A stretch of 64,000 nt of DNA from an uncultured Lachnospiraceae bacterium (GTDB lineage Bacteria; Bacillota; Clostridia; Lachnospirales; Lachnospiraceae): NCBI GenBank assembly GCA_900316625.1, contig ONDO01000002.1, positions 2,828 to 66,827 on the forward strand. The letters run 5' to 3'. Made by a program: the position numbers and the translations under genes. Under the pieces are notes generated by a model, which was not told the origin of the DNA, ran no database searches, and saw only the letters and a list, made by a program, of their open reading frames with translations. Positions 48,122-58,195 of this stretch are shown here, piece by piece. Each line of letters opens with the position of its first letter. Position 1 is the stretch's first letter.

Positions 48122-49054
48122 ATGAGCAGAGCTGATCAGATCTTCGTTGACATGTGCCGCGATATCATCGACAACGGCACCAGCACAGAAGGTGAGAAGG
48201 TGCGTCCTCACTGGGAGGATGGAAGCCTGGCTTACACCGTGAAGAAGTTCGGTGTGGTCAACCGCTACAACCTGCGTGAGGAGTTCCCTGCAATCACCCT
48301 GCGTCGTACAGCAATCAAGTCCTGCGTCCAGGAGATGCTCTGGATCTGGCAGATGAAGTCTAACCGTATCGCAGATCTCAAGTCTCATGTATGGGACGAA
48401 TGGGCGGATGAGGAAGGTACCATTGGTAAGGCATATGGATATCAGATGTCCGTAAAGCATCCTTACCGCGATATCAATGTCGAGGACCTGAAGACGGCTT
48501 TCGGCGATGATTATATGAAGCATGTAAAGAAGGCAGAAGATGATCAGGGAGATGTCTGGTACATGGACCAGGTCGACAGAGTCATCTACGACCTGAAGAC
48601 ACATCCCTTCAGCCGCCGTATCATGACGAATATCTACACACATGCAGACCTGTCTGAGATGAACCTCTATCCTTGTGCGTATTCCATGACCTTCAATGTG
48701 ACCGTGGATAAGGAGACCGGAAGGCATGTACTGAATGCGCTACTGAATCAGCGTTCTCAGGATGTTCTCGCTGCGAACAACTGGAATGTCTGCCAGTATT
48801 CCGTACTGGTCTACATGCTGGCACAGGTTTGCGACATGCTGCCTGGCGAATTCGTTCATGTGATTGCAGATGCGCATATCTATGATCGCCACATCCCTCT
48901 GATCGAGGAACTGATTACGAGAGAGCAGCATCCGGCACCTAAGTTCTGGCTCAATCCCGAGATCAAGGACTTCTATGCATTTACCGAAGATGATGTCCGT
49001 CTCGATGACTATGAGCATGGTCCCCAGATCAAGGATATCCCTATTGCAGTCTAA
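48122..49054 (+). CDS. thyA: Thymidylate synthase
   Basis: WDEWAD, GKAYG, SRR, LYPC, QRSQD, DAHIY. Confidence 0.96.
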   Translation: MSRADQIFVDMCRDIIDNGTSTEGEKVRPHWEDGSLAYTVKKFGVVNRYNLREEFPAITLRRTAIKSCVQEMLWIWQMKSNRIADLKSHVWDEWADEEGTIGKAYGYQMSVKHPYRDINVEDLKTAFGDDYMKHVKKAEDDQGDVWYMDQVDRVIYDLKTHPFSRRIMTNIYTHADLSEMNLYPCAYSMTFNVTVDKETGRHVLNALLNQRSQDVLAANNWNVCQYSVLVYMLAQVCDMLPGEFVHVIADAHIYDRHIPLIEELITREQHPAPKFWLNPEIKDFYAFTEDDVRLDDYEHGPQIKDIPIAV

Positions 49055-49099
49055 CTGTCTAAGAGTTGACCCGGTCTGTTAGTAGAAGGAGAAAATCCT

Positions 49100-49594
49100 A
49101 TGTTTAAAATGATCGTCAATGCAGATAAGAACTGGGGCATCGGCCTTAAGAACGAACTTCTGATCCGGATTCCCAATGATATGAAGTTCTTCCGCGCCCA
49201 CACCCTGAATAACGTGGTCATCTGCGGAAGACACACCTTAGAGAGCTTCCCTGGACAGCGCCCCCTGCCGGACCGCACGACCATCGTTATGTCCAGAAAT
49301 CCTAAGTACAGCGTGCCCAAGGCTGAGATTTGTCATAACATCGATGAGCTCCTGAAGATGGTCGAGAACTATCCCGACCAGGAGATCTACGTCATCGGTG
49401 GCGAGCGTGTCTATCGTGACCTCCTGCCTTACTGTGATACGGCCTATGTGACCCGTGTCGACATGGAGTATGAGGCAGATGCTTTCTTCCCGAATCTCGA
49501 AGCAGATCCCGAATGGGAGATGGTAGATGAGAGTGAGGAAGAGACCTATTACGACGTCATCTACCACTACACGACCTGGAAGCGCAAGAAGTGA
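49100..49594 (+). CDS. folA: Dihydrofolate reductase
   Basis: WGIG, DMKFF, GRHT, PLPDR, YVIGG, ADAFFP. Confidence 0.95.
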   Translation: MFKMIVNADKNWGIGLKNELLIRIPNDMKFFRAHTLNNVVICGRHTLESFPGQRPLPDRTTIVMSRNPKYSVPKAEICHNIDELLKMVENYPDQEIYVIGGERVYRDLLPYCDTAYVTRVDMEYEADAFFPNLEADPEWEMVDESEEETYYDVIYHYTTWKRKK

Positions 49595-49622
49595 TTCCCT
49601 CGGAAATGTAGAGCATAACCGT

Positions 49623-49736
49623 AGAATGCGGATCCTCGGGTACATCATGGAGAATCGAAGAATGCGGATTCTCTGGTACAGATTTTGAACCGCAGAATGC
49701 GGATCCTCGGGTACAGATTTTGAACCGCTGGATGCG
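49623..49736. repeat. About 35-bp tandem repeat x3 plus partial
   Basis: agaatgcggatYctcKggtaca at 49623, 49659, 49694; partial at 49729. Confidence 0.85.
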
Positions 49737-49804
49737 AATTCATGACTACATAATTAAGAACAATATAAGGGAAAAGAAAACACAGAAACGAAAGTGTGAC
49801 TGTA

Positions 49805-51520
49805 ATGAATATTACCGGAAGAAAATTATTCGTTAAGGCGCTCGAAGCGGAAGGTGTTGATACGCTCTTCGCGTATCCGGGCGGCATGATCAATGAACTG
49901 ACGGATGAGCTCTATAAGACAGACAACATCCATGTAATCCTCGGACGTCATGAACAGGCAGTTGTTCACGAGGCGGAGGGCTATGCCCGCGCCAGTGGCA
50001 AGGTCGGCGTCGCTCTGGTAACCAGTGGCCCTGGTGCGACCAACACCATTACTGCGATTGCGGATGCACATTATGACAGTATTCCCCTGGTTGTAATCAC
50101 CGGACAGGTTCCCCAGAACCTGATCGGTAATGATGCCTTCCAGGAAGTTGATATCGTCGGAATGACCCGCTCTGTTGTGAAGTATGGTGTGACCGTACGC
50201 GACAGAAAAGATCTGGGACGTATCCTAAAGATGGCTTTCTACATCGCAAGCACCGGCAAACCCGGCCCGGTTCTTGTTGATATTCCCAAGGATATTCAGA
50301 CGGAGTCCGGCGACAGCGAATATCCTGAGCAGGTGGTTATCCGTGGATATAAGCCCAATGAATCCGTTCATATCGGCCAGCTGAAGAAAGCCTATAAGCT
50401 TCTTCGTTCCGCCAGGAAGCCCGTGGTAATCGCTGGCGGCGGTGTAAGGATCAGTGGAGCAGAAGCAGAATTCCAGAAGTTCGTCCACACCATGAACCTT
50501 CCGGTTGTTACCACAGTCATGGGACGAGGCTCTCTTCCGACAACCGATCCCAACTTCATCGGTAACTTAGGCCTGCATGGAAGTTATGCGTCGAATACGG
50601 CAATCAGTCAGTGCGATGTCCTCTTCTCCATCGGTACCCGTTTTAACGACCGTATCACCGGAGATCTGAATGAGTTCGCTCCTAAGGCGAAGATCATCCA
50701 TGTCGATATAGATACGGCATCGATTTCGAGAAATGTAGTTGTGGATGTTCCCATTGTTTCTGATGCTCGTCTGGCCCTCGAGAAGCTGAATGAGTGGGCA
50801 GAAGACACAGACAATCAGAAGTGGTTAGATCAGATCCATTCCTGGCAGGAAGAGCATCCTCAAAAGATGCGTCGTGACCGCGGACTCTGTCCCCAGGAGA
50901 TCATCGAGGATATCTATCAGGTCTTCCCGGAGAATATCCTTGTTACCGACGTCGGCCAGCACCAGATGTGGACCGCCCAGTATGCCAGGCTTGTAGCTTC
51001 GAACCAGCTGATCACCTCCGGTGGTCTCGGTACCATGGGCTTCGGCTTCCCGGCAGCCATCGGTGCCCAGGCAGGCGCGCCCGATCGCCAGGTGATCTGC
51101 ATCACCGGTGATGGCGGTATGCAGATGAACATGCAGGAGATGGCTACTGCAGTGACGGAGAATATTCCTGTTATCACCTGTATCTTCAATAACCAGTATC
51201 TAGGCATGGTACGTCAGCAGCAACAGCTCTTCTATGGCAAGCGCTACTCTATTACCTGCCTTCGGAAACGTAATACCTGCCCGTCAGACTGCAAGGGTCC
51301 TAACCCTGCCTGCCCGCCCTACGTTCCGGACTTCCTTCAGTGGTCGAATGCCTATGGAGTCGAAGCGATTCGCGTAGAGAAGTCAGAAGATATTCTTCCT
51401 GCACTCGAGAAGGCGAAGGAGAAAAAGGCACCCATGATTATAGAATTCATGATCTCTTCGGATGAACTTGTACTGCCTATGGTTAAGCCGGGCGGTCCGG
51501 TGTCCGATATGATTCTATGA
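49805..51520 (+). CDS. ilvB: Acetolactate synthase large subunit
   Basis: YPGG, RHEQ, TSGPGATN, DAFQE, GDGGMQMN ThDP motif. Confidence 0.93.
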   Translation: MNITGRKLFVKALEAEGVDTLFAYPGGMINELTDELYKTDNIHVILGRHEQAVVHEAEGYARASGKVGVALVTSGPGATNTITAIADAHYDSIPLVVITGQVPQNLIGNDAFQEVDIVGMTRSVVKYGVTVRDRKDLGRILKMAFYIASTGKPGPVLVDIPKDIQTESGDSEYPEQVVIRGYKPNESVHIGQLKKAYKLLRSARKPVVIAGGGVRISGAEAEFQKFVHTMNLPVVTTVMGRGSLPTTDPNFIGNLGLHGSYASNTAISQCDVLFSIGTRFNDRITGDLNEFAPKAKIIHVDIDTASISRNVVVDVPIVSDARLALEKLNEWAEDTDNQKWLDQIHSWQEEHPQKMRRDRGLCPQEIIEDIYQVFPENILVTDVGQHQMWTAQYARLVASNQLITSGGLGTMGFGFPAAIGAQAGAPDRQVICITGDGGMQMNMQEMATAVTENIPVITCIFNNQYLGMVRQQQQLFYGKRYSITCLRKRNTCPSDCKGPNPACPPYVPDFLQWSNAYGVEAIRVEKSEDILPALEKAKEKKAPMIIEFMISSDELVLPMVKPGGPVSDMIL

Positions 51521-51561
51521 AGAATGCCCAAGAGACAGAAACTCTAGATAAGGGGAAGTGC

Positions 51562-52092
51562 ATGACGACGAATACGAAAATGAAAGATCGCTGGATCGCC
51601 CTCTACGTCGAGAATGAAGTCGGTGTTCTGGCTAAGGTCTCCGGACTCTTTTCCGGTAAGTCCTATAATCTGCAGAGTCTTACCGTAGGAACCACAGAGC
51701 AGCAGGATGTATCCCGCATGACCATCTGTGTTACTTCCGATGATGTGACCTTTGAGCAGATCAAGAAACAGCTGAATAGCATGGTAGAGGTGATCAAGGT
51801 TATCGACCTGACCGGCCGTGCCATCCATATGAATGAAATCCTCTATGCCAAGGTGCTCGGCCTCGATGATGCCGGTAAGGCAGAGATATTCCGCATTGCG
51901 TCCGTCTTCGACCACGCTTCGGGAAATGTAAACCCCGTCGACATCGGTCCGGATGGCGTTCTCTTGGAGTCGACCTTATCGCCCAGAAGAAATGATGAGC
52001 TGGTCGCACTTCTGAAGAAGGAATTCCATCGTGTTGAAGTCACCAGAGGCGGAGCTGTAGCAGTAGAGAGCATTTCCACTTCGACAAAGTAG
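51562..52092 (+). CDS. ilvN: Acetolactate synthase small (ACT) subunit
   Basis: VENEVGVLAKVSGLFSGKSYNLQSLTVG, QIKKQL. Confidence 0.9.
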   Translation: MTTNTKMKDRWIALYVENEVGVLAKVSGLFSGKSYNLQSLTVGTTEQQDVSRMTICVTSDDVTFEQIKKQLNSMVEVIKVIDLTGRAIHMNEILYAKVLGLDDAGKAEIFRIASVFDHASGNVNPVDIGPDGVLLESTLSPRRNDELVALLKKEFHRVEVTRGGAVAVESISTSTK

Positions 52093-52266
52093 AGCAAGCT
52101 TCAGGAAGTAGTTCTATAACATTGATTTGGACGAGCCAAGCTCTGGAGTGGCGGAAAAGTTGCAAAGATGGTCTACTTATGGTAAGCCTTATATTTGTGA
52201 AATCAGAAAGTAAGATTTCAAAAGTCTAGATAGAATGATTAACAAAGCGACAGGAAAGGAGACATC

Positions 52267-53994
52267 ATGAAAAATAAAATTTACATTAAAGTTATGACAC
52301 TTCTCATGGCGCTCTCTCTGACCATGATGCCGGTCTTTAAAACTGCTGCTCATGCCCAGAATCTTCAGGAACAGAGTGATGAACTGAAGAAACAGCAGGA
52401 AGAACTCGAGAAGAAACAGAAGGAAGCAGAACAGAAGAAAAAAGATCAGGCAAAGGATGTTAAGAATCTGGAAAAAGAGCAGGATAAGCTCGAATCTGAT
52501 GTGAAGACTCTGAACAATAACATCGCATCCGTACGTTCTGAGATTGAAAATGCGCAGGAAGAGTATGAGAAGACTAACGATGATATTGCTCAGTTGAATG
52601 ATGATATTGCCAAGGCTGAAGCTGATAAAGTAGCGATGTATGACAGGATGAAGGAGCAGATCGTCTACACTTATGAGAGAGACTCGGGTGTATCAATGAT
52701 CTCCATGCTCTTCGAGAGCGGTTCCATGTCGGAGTTTCTCAGTCGAGCAGAATATATCATAGCAATTCAGAACTATAATGATTCGATCCTGGAGCAGTAC
52801 ACAGGGATTGTGGAAGAGATTAATTCCAAATCCAAGAAACTGAACCAGAAGCAGAGTGATCTGGAAGCATATTCTAAGACGATGAATGACAAGCAGGATG
52901 AACTCAATAAACTGCTTGGTGTTACAAATCAGAAACTAGATCTGAAGAATGCCGAACTTGCAACTGCACAGACGGATTTGAACGAGATTGATAAGGAAAT
53001 CAGTGGCTATAAGCAGCAGGTTGCTCAGATTGAAGCACAGGTAACGGCTGCGAATATCGCAATGGCTAAGCAGGTAGCAGAAGCGCAGGCACAGGCAGCA
53101 GCAGAACTTGCTGCAAAAGAGCAGGCTGCGAAAGATGCTCAGGTGGCTGCAGATGGAAGTAAGGCTTCCTATGATCAGGCCCAGCAGATTTATGATGCAG
53201 CCAGTGCTAAACTTGAGGAAGCACAGCAGAGACTGTCATCTGCAGAGGCGAATGTAACGGCAGCCCAGACTGCTCTCGAGACGGCTCAGAATCAGTCCGG
53301 AGATGTAGAATCGGCACAGAAAGCTTACAATGATGCTGTCGCCGCAAGGGATGCAGTGAAGGCTGAAATTGATCCTCTTCAGCAGGATGTTGCAGCAAAG
53401 AGCACCCAGCTTGCTCAGTGTAAGGCTGCTTATGAAGCGGCTCTTGCAGAGGCAGAGCAAAAAGCAAAGGAAGCAGAAGATGCCAGAAAGGCATTCGGAA
53501 TCTCCACATCCGCAGGCAGTGTTTATGCAGCAAGTGCATCAGAACAGGAAATTCTCAGTGCGATTATTCAGGCGGAGGCAGGAAATCAGGGATATGCTGG
53601 TAAGCTTGCAGTAGCATCCGTTATCATGAACCGTGTCTATAGTCCTTCCTTCAGACAGAACAACATACGTGATGTTGTCTATGCAAGGAATCAGTTCGAG
53701 CCGACCAGAAGAGAGATGGTTGTAAAGCAAAACGGAGTCTGGGTAAAAACCGGTATGACCGTTATGGAATTCTATCTGTCCCATCCCGAGTCGGTTGATG
53801 CAGAGTCCAGACAGGCTGCAGCTGCAGCAATTTCCGGACAGAGATACTCCGCACCGAATGGTCCGATGAACCAGCTCTTCTTCATGACGCCGGCAGCACT
53901 TCAGGGCTGTATTGCCAGTGGTTGGCCTAAGGCAGAAAAAGTAAGAGATCAGTTTACCCTTGGTGGACATACCTTCTTTAATGTCGCTTCTTAA
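52267..53994 (+). CDS. Secreted coiled-coil protein with C-terminal SleB/Hydrolase_2 cell-wall hydrolase domain
   Basis: Signal peptide; PcsB-like coiled coil; IIQAEAG...GKLAVASVIMNRV...NQFEP...GGHTFF. Confidence 0.85.
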   Translation: MKNKIYIKVMTLLMALSLTMMPVFKTAAHAQNLQEQSDELKKQQEELEKKQKEAEQKKKDQAKDVKNLEKEQDKLESDVKTLNNNIASVRSEIENAQEEYEKTNDDIAQLNDDIAKAEADKVAMYDRMKEQIVYTYERDSGVSMISMLFESGSMSEFLSRAEYIIAIQNYNDSILEQYTGIVEEINSKSKKLNQKQSDLEAYSKTMNDKQDELNKLLGVTNQKLDLKNAELATAQTDLNEIDKEISGYKQQVAQIEAQVTAANIAMAKQVAEAQAQAAAELAAKEQAAKDAQVAADGSKASYDQAQQIYDAASAKLEEAQQRLSSAEANVTAAQTALETAQNQSGDVESAQKAYNDAVAARDAVKAEIDPLQQDVAAKSTQLAQCKAAYEAALAEAEQKAKEAEDARKAFGISTSAGSVYAASASEQEILSAIIQAEAGNQGYAGKLAVASVIMNRVYSPSFRQNNIRDVVYARNQFEPTRREMVVKQNGVWVKTGMTVMEFYLSHPESVDAESRQAAAAAISGQRYSAPNGPMNQLFFMTPAALQGCIASGWPKAEKVRDQFTLGGHTFFNVAS

Positions 53995-54161
53995 TTAGAG
54001 AACATGCCTTCTGATGGAAGGTTCTACATTTGCGAAGAATACCCTCTCTGTGATTGTACAGGGAGGGTATCTTGCGTAAATAGTTAAATCCTTCTATAAT
54101 ATGTGAGTTTGTGATTTTAGAGAAATTTATGAATGAAAAGATGATTATATAAGGAGACAGA

Positions 54162-55577
54162 ATGCAGGAATCAAAACAGCTTGTGCAGGAAAATAATCAG
54201 GATTCAAATCAGCCCGTGAATCAGCCCATGAAGGAAAACAAGATGGGTACTATGGATGTAAAGAAGCTTATTATTACGATGTCTCTTCCCATCATGATTT
54301 CCATGCTGGTTCAGGCCCTCTATAACGTAGTTGACTCCATCTTCGTAGCGCAGATTGGTGAGAATGCGCTGACGGCTGTATCTCTGGCCTTTCCCCTGCA
54401 GAATATGATGATTGCGGTATCCACAGGAACCGGCGTTGGTATTAATGCCATGCTGTCCCGTGCTCTCGGTGAGAAGAAGTTCGATCGCTCCGATGCAGCA
54501 GCGAACAATGGTGTCTTCCTGGCTTTCTGTAGCGCCCTTGTCTTCGTACTGATTGGAATCTTCGGAACAGATCCCTTTATCCACACCCAGACCAATGCAA
54601 AAGAGATTGTAAGACTAGGTGACAGCTATCTCTCCATCGTCTGCTGCTTCTGCTTTGGTCTCTTCTTCCAGGTTACCTTCGAGCGACTTCTGCAGGCAAC
54701 CGGACGCACCATGCTCTCCATGATTTCCCAGCTCTGCGGTGCGCTGATCAATATTATCTTAGACCCTATTATGATCTTCGGTCTTCTCGGCTGCCCTAAG
54801 ATGGGAGTGGCCGGTGCAGCCTATGCAACTGTAATCGGACAGACGATAGCGGCAATCATTGCACTGATTCTTAATGTGAAACTGAATAAGGAACTGCACT
54901 TTAGCCTGTCTTGCGTGCTTCATCCGGAACTCAAGGTCATCGGTCGTATCTATGCCGTCGGTATTCCTTCGATTCTTATGATGTCCATCGGATCCGTTAT
55001 GACCTATCTTATGAATCGTATTCTTCTGGGCTTCTCCACGACGGCAGCCGCAGTCTTCGGTGTCTACTTTAAGCTGCAGTCCTTCTTCTTCATGCCGGTC
55101 TTCGGTATGAATAATGGTCTGATTCCGATTCTCGCCTATAATCTGGGCGCGCAGAAGAAGAAGAGAATCGATGAGGCCCTTCGCTTTGCTATCTTCCTGG
55201 CTTTCTGCATTATGGCAGTAGGAACCCTGACCTTCGAACTGGTCCCGGGACTCTTACTTAAGCTCTTTAATGCATCAGATGACATGACAACGATTGGTAC
55301 GGCAGCACTTCGTATCATAGCAATTCACTTCCCTCTGGCTGCGGTTGGTATCGCATTGGGATCAGTTTTCCAGGCTTTCTCGAGAAGTATCTATTCTCTT
55401 ATGGTATCCCTGGGAAGACAGCTTGTAATCCTGATTCCTGTCGCATGGCTTCTGTCTCTTACCGGTGAAGTTACCAATGTATGGTGGTCCTTCCCTATTG
55501 CGGAAGTGGTATCGCTGGCTCTGACGCTTACCTTCTTCCGTAAGATCTACAGAGAAGATGTTGCGACGATCGAATAA
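54162..55577 (+). CDS. MATE family efflux transporter
   Basis: LYNVVDSIFV, NIILDPIMIFG, GVAGAAYAT; multi-pass membrane protein. Confidence 0.93.
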   Translation: MQESKQLVQENNQDSNQPVNQPMKENKMGTMDVKKLIITMSLPIMISMLVQALYNVVDSIFVAQIGENALTAVSLAFPLQNMMIAVSTGTGVGINAMLSRALGEKKFDRSDAAANNGVFLAFCSALVFVLIGIFGTDPFIHTQTNAKEIVRLGDSYLSIVCCFCFGLFFQVTFERLLQATGRTMLSMISQLCGALINIILDPIMIFGLLGCPKMGVAGAAYATVIGQTIAAIIALILNVKLNKELHFSLSCVLHPELKVIGRIYAVGIPSILMMSIGSVMTYLMNRILLGFSTTAAAVFGVYFKLQSFFFMPVFGMNNGLIPILAYNLGAQKKKRIDEALRFAIFLAFCIMAVGTLTFELVPGLLLKLFNASDDMTTIGTAALRIIAIHFPLAAVGIALGSVFQAFSRSIYSLMVSLGRQLVILIPVAWLLSLTGEVTNVWWSFPIAEVVSLALTLTFFRKIYREDVATIE

Positions 55578-55624
55578 GTAAGATATAAAAAGGGAGGAGA
55601 AAGAAACATAATACGGATTCTTCC

Positions 55625-55653
55625 GGACCTGCCTTGTGGCAGGCCCTTTTTTG
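55625..55653 (+). terminator. Rho-independent terminator
   Basis: GGACCTGCC-ttgt-GGCAGGCCC-TTTTTT. Confidence 0.7.
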
Positions 55654-55731
55654 TATTTAGAATAGTGCAATCAAATTCGAAAGAGAAAATAAACTTTGGA
55701 AACCGAAGACGGATAAGATAGTTCCGAAAGA

Positions 55732-55749
55732 TTGTTATGAAATTAACAT
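55732..55749. promoter_or_regulatory. Rex-type operator (distal)
   Basis: TTGTTATGAAATTAACAT vs clostridial Rex consensus TTGTTAANNNNTTAACAA. Confidence 0.65.
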
Positions 55750-55903
55750 TCTAAAGAAACTGCTTGCTGTTTACTTCTAAGAAAATGACCGAATGAACAG
55801 TAATTTCTTATGAAAAGTGCACACAAATCCGCTTGTACGTGGGGATAGGCGGTGTTATAATTCCATTTGTCGGGTGAACAGCCCACATTTTTTTTAACAT
55901 GTT

Positions 55904-55921
55904 TTGTTAAAAAATTAACGT
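55904..55921. promoter_or_regulatory. Rex-type operator (proximal) upstream of thl
   Basis: TTGTTAAAAAATTAACGT, downstream of TGtTATAAT at 55853-55861. Confidence 0.7.
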
Positions 55922-55971
55922 AATAAAAAGGAAATAGTTACAGAGTAGGATTATTGAAAAGGAGTAATGAC

Positions 55972-57159
55972 ATGGCAGAAAGAGTTGTAATTGTTAGTGC
56001 AGTCAGAACTGCTATCGGTAAGATGGGTGGACAGTTCGCCAGCGTTCCTGCAGTTGACCTTGGTGCAACTGTAATCAAGGAAGCAGTTAAACGCGCTGGT
56101 GTTAAGCCCGAAGAAGTTGATGAAGTTAAGTTTGGCTGTGTTATCCAGGCTGGTCTTGGCCAGAACGTAGCACGTCAGGCATCCATTAAGGCTGGTCTTC
56201 CTGTAGAAGTACCTGCAGTTACCCTGAACGTTGTGTGTGGTTCCGGTCTGAAGTGCGTTAACGAAGCAGCTAACATGATCCTTGCAGGTCAGGCTGATGT
56301 TGTTGTTGCAGGTGGTATGGAATCCATGTCCCGTGCTCCTTTCGCTCTTGATAAGGCTAGATTTGGTTACAGAATGGGCAATGGTAAGTTCATCGATACC
56401 ATGATTAATGATGCACTTTGGGATGCATTCAACCAGTATCACATGATGATCACTGCTGAGAACGTAGCTGAGCAGTGGGGTCTTACCAGAGAAGAACTCG
56501 ATGAGTTCGCTGCTAACTCTCAGCAGAAGTGCGAGAAGGCTATCGCAGAAGGCAAGTTCAAGGATGAGATCGTTCCTTACGTTATTCATGATCGTAAGAA
56601 GGGCGATATCGTTATCGATACCGATGAAGGCCCTCGTCCTGGTACTACCGTTGAGACTCTTTCCAAACTTAAGTGCTGTTCCGGTAAGGAAGGCGGCGTA
56701 GTTACCGCTGGTAACGCATCCGGAATCAACGATGGTGCTGCAGCAGTTGTTCTTATGTCTGAGTCTAAGGCTAAGGAACTTGGCGCAACTCCTATGGCTT
56801 ACTTCGTAGCTGGTGCACTTGGCGGTGTAGATCCTTCCATCATGGGTGTTGGACCTGTAGCTGCTGTTAACAAAGTAATGAAGAAAACCGGACTTAAGGT
56901 TTCTGATATGGATCTGATCGAAGCAAACGAAGCATTCGCAGCACAGTCTGTAGCAGTTGCTCGTGACCTCGGATTCGATATGGATAAGGTTAACGTTAAC
57001 GGTGGTGCGATCGCACTCGGACATCCTGTTGGAGCATCCGGTTGCCGTATCCTCGTAACCCTGCTTCATGAGATGGTTAAGAGAGATGCTAAGAAGGGCC
57101 TTGCTACTCTTTGCATCGGCGGTGGTATGGGTTGCGCAACTATCGTTGAACGTGACTGA
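55972..57159 (+). CDS. thl: Acetyl-CoA acetyltransferase (thiolase)
   Basis: [26 protein letters not shown]. Confidence 0.97.
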   Translation: MAERVVIVSAVRTAIGKMGGQFASVPAVDLGATVIKEAVKRAGVKPEEVDEVKFGCVIQAGLGQNVARQASIKAGLPVEVPAVTLNVVCGSGLKCVNEAANMILAGQADVVVAGGMESMSRAPFALDKARFGYRMGNGKFIDTMINDALWDAFNQYHMMITAENVAEQWGLTREELDEFAANSQQKCEKAIAEGKFKDEIVPYVIHDRKKGDIVIDTDEGPRPGTTVETLSKLKCCSGKEGGVVTAGNASGINDGAAAVVLMSESKAKELGATPMAYFVAGALGGVDPSIMGVGPVAAVNKVMKKTGLKVSDMDLIEANEAFAAQSVAVARDLGFDMDKVNVNGGAIALGHPVGASGCRILVTLLHEMVKRDAKKGLATLCIGGGMGCATIVERD

Positions 57160-57188
57160 TCGAAAGCTTCCATAAAAAGGTAAAAACA

Positions 57189-57230
57189 GAGAAGTATAGA
57201 CCGAAGGTGAAATAGCGGTCTATATTTCTC
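57189..57230. other. Intercistronic hairpin between thl and hbd
   Basis: GAGAAGTATAGACCG...CGGTCTATATTTCTC. Confidence 0.65.
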
Positions 57231-57286
57231 ATATAGATGGGTAGAAATACTCAGAATGACAAGAGTATAGAAACAGGAGGAAACAC

Positions 57287-58171
57287 ATGAAAGTAGCAGT
57301 TATCGGCGCAGGCACCATGGGTTCCGGTATTGCACAGACATTCGCTCAGAATGATGCTGTTGATACCGTATATCTTTGCGACATCAAAGAAGAGTTCGCT
57401 GAAGGCGGCAAGGGCAAGATCAAGAAGAACATTGATAAGCTCGTTGCAAAGGAGAAGATCGATCAGGCTAAGGCTGATGCCATCATGGGCAAGATCAAGA
57501 CCGGTCTTAACACCATCGCTGTTGATCCTGATCTCGTAGTTGAGGCAGCTCTTGAGAGAATGGACATCAAGAAGGCTTGCTTCAAGGAACTTCAGGAAAA
57601 CATCGTCAAGAATGAGGACTGCATCTTCGCATCCAATACTTCTTCCCTTTCCATCACCGAGATCGGTGCTGGACTCAAGAAGCCGATCATCGGTATGCAT
57701 TTCTTCAATCCTGCTCCTGTAATGAAGCTGATCGAAGTTATCCAGGGTGGTAACACTCCCGATGAGATGGTAGAGAAGGTTAAGGAAATCGCTGAGAAGC
57801 TCGGCAAGGTTCCCGTACAGGTGAATGAGTCCGCTGGATTCGTTGTTAACCGTATCCTTATCCCTGAGATCAACGAAGGTATCTTCGTTTATTCTGAAGG
57901 CGTTGCAGATATCGAAGGTATCGACAATGCTATGAAACTTGGATGCAATCATCCTATGGGACCCCTCGAACTCGGTGATTACATCGGACTTGATATTGTC
58001 CTTGCAATCATGGAAGTTCTCTACAATGAGACCTCCGACTCCAAGTATCGTCCTGCACCTCTTCTTCGTAAGATGGTTCGTGCTGGTCATCTTGGTGTTA
58101 AGAGCGGCATCGGATTCTATGACTACTCCAATGGTTTCAAAGATAAGAAGCCTGTAGACAAGAAGAACTAA
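57287..58171 (+). CDS. hbd: 3-hydroxybutyryl-CoA dehydrogenase
   Basis: GAGTMGSG, SNTSS, GMHFFNP, GFVVNR, HPMGP. Confidence 0.96.
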   Translation: MKVAVIGAGTMGSGIAQTFAQNDAVDTVYLCDIKEEFAEGGKGKIKKNIDKLVAKEKIDQAKADAIMGKIKTGLNTIAVDPDLVVEAALERMDIKKACFKELQENIVKNEDCIFASNTSSLSITEIGAGLKKPIIGMHFFNPAPVMKLIEVIQGGNTPDEMVEKVKEIAEKLGKVPVQVNESAGFVVNRILIPEINEGIFVYSEGVADIEGIDNAMKLGCNHPMGPLELGDYIGLDIVLAIMEVLYNETSDSKYRPAPLLRKMVRAGHLGVKSGIGFYDYSNGFKDKKPVDKKN

Positions 58172-58195
58172 GGCATATTTAGGAGGAAAAGATCC

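Noticed and set aside
49615-49804. T-box or attenuator upstream of ilvB
   Set aside because: No GGTGGNACCGCG T-box, leader peptide or terminator visible
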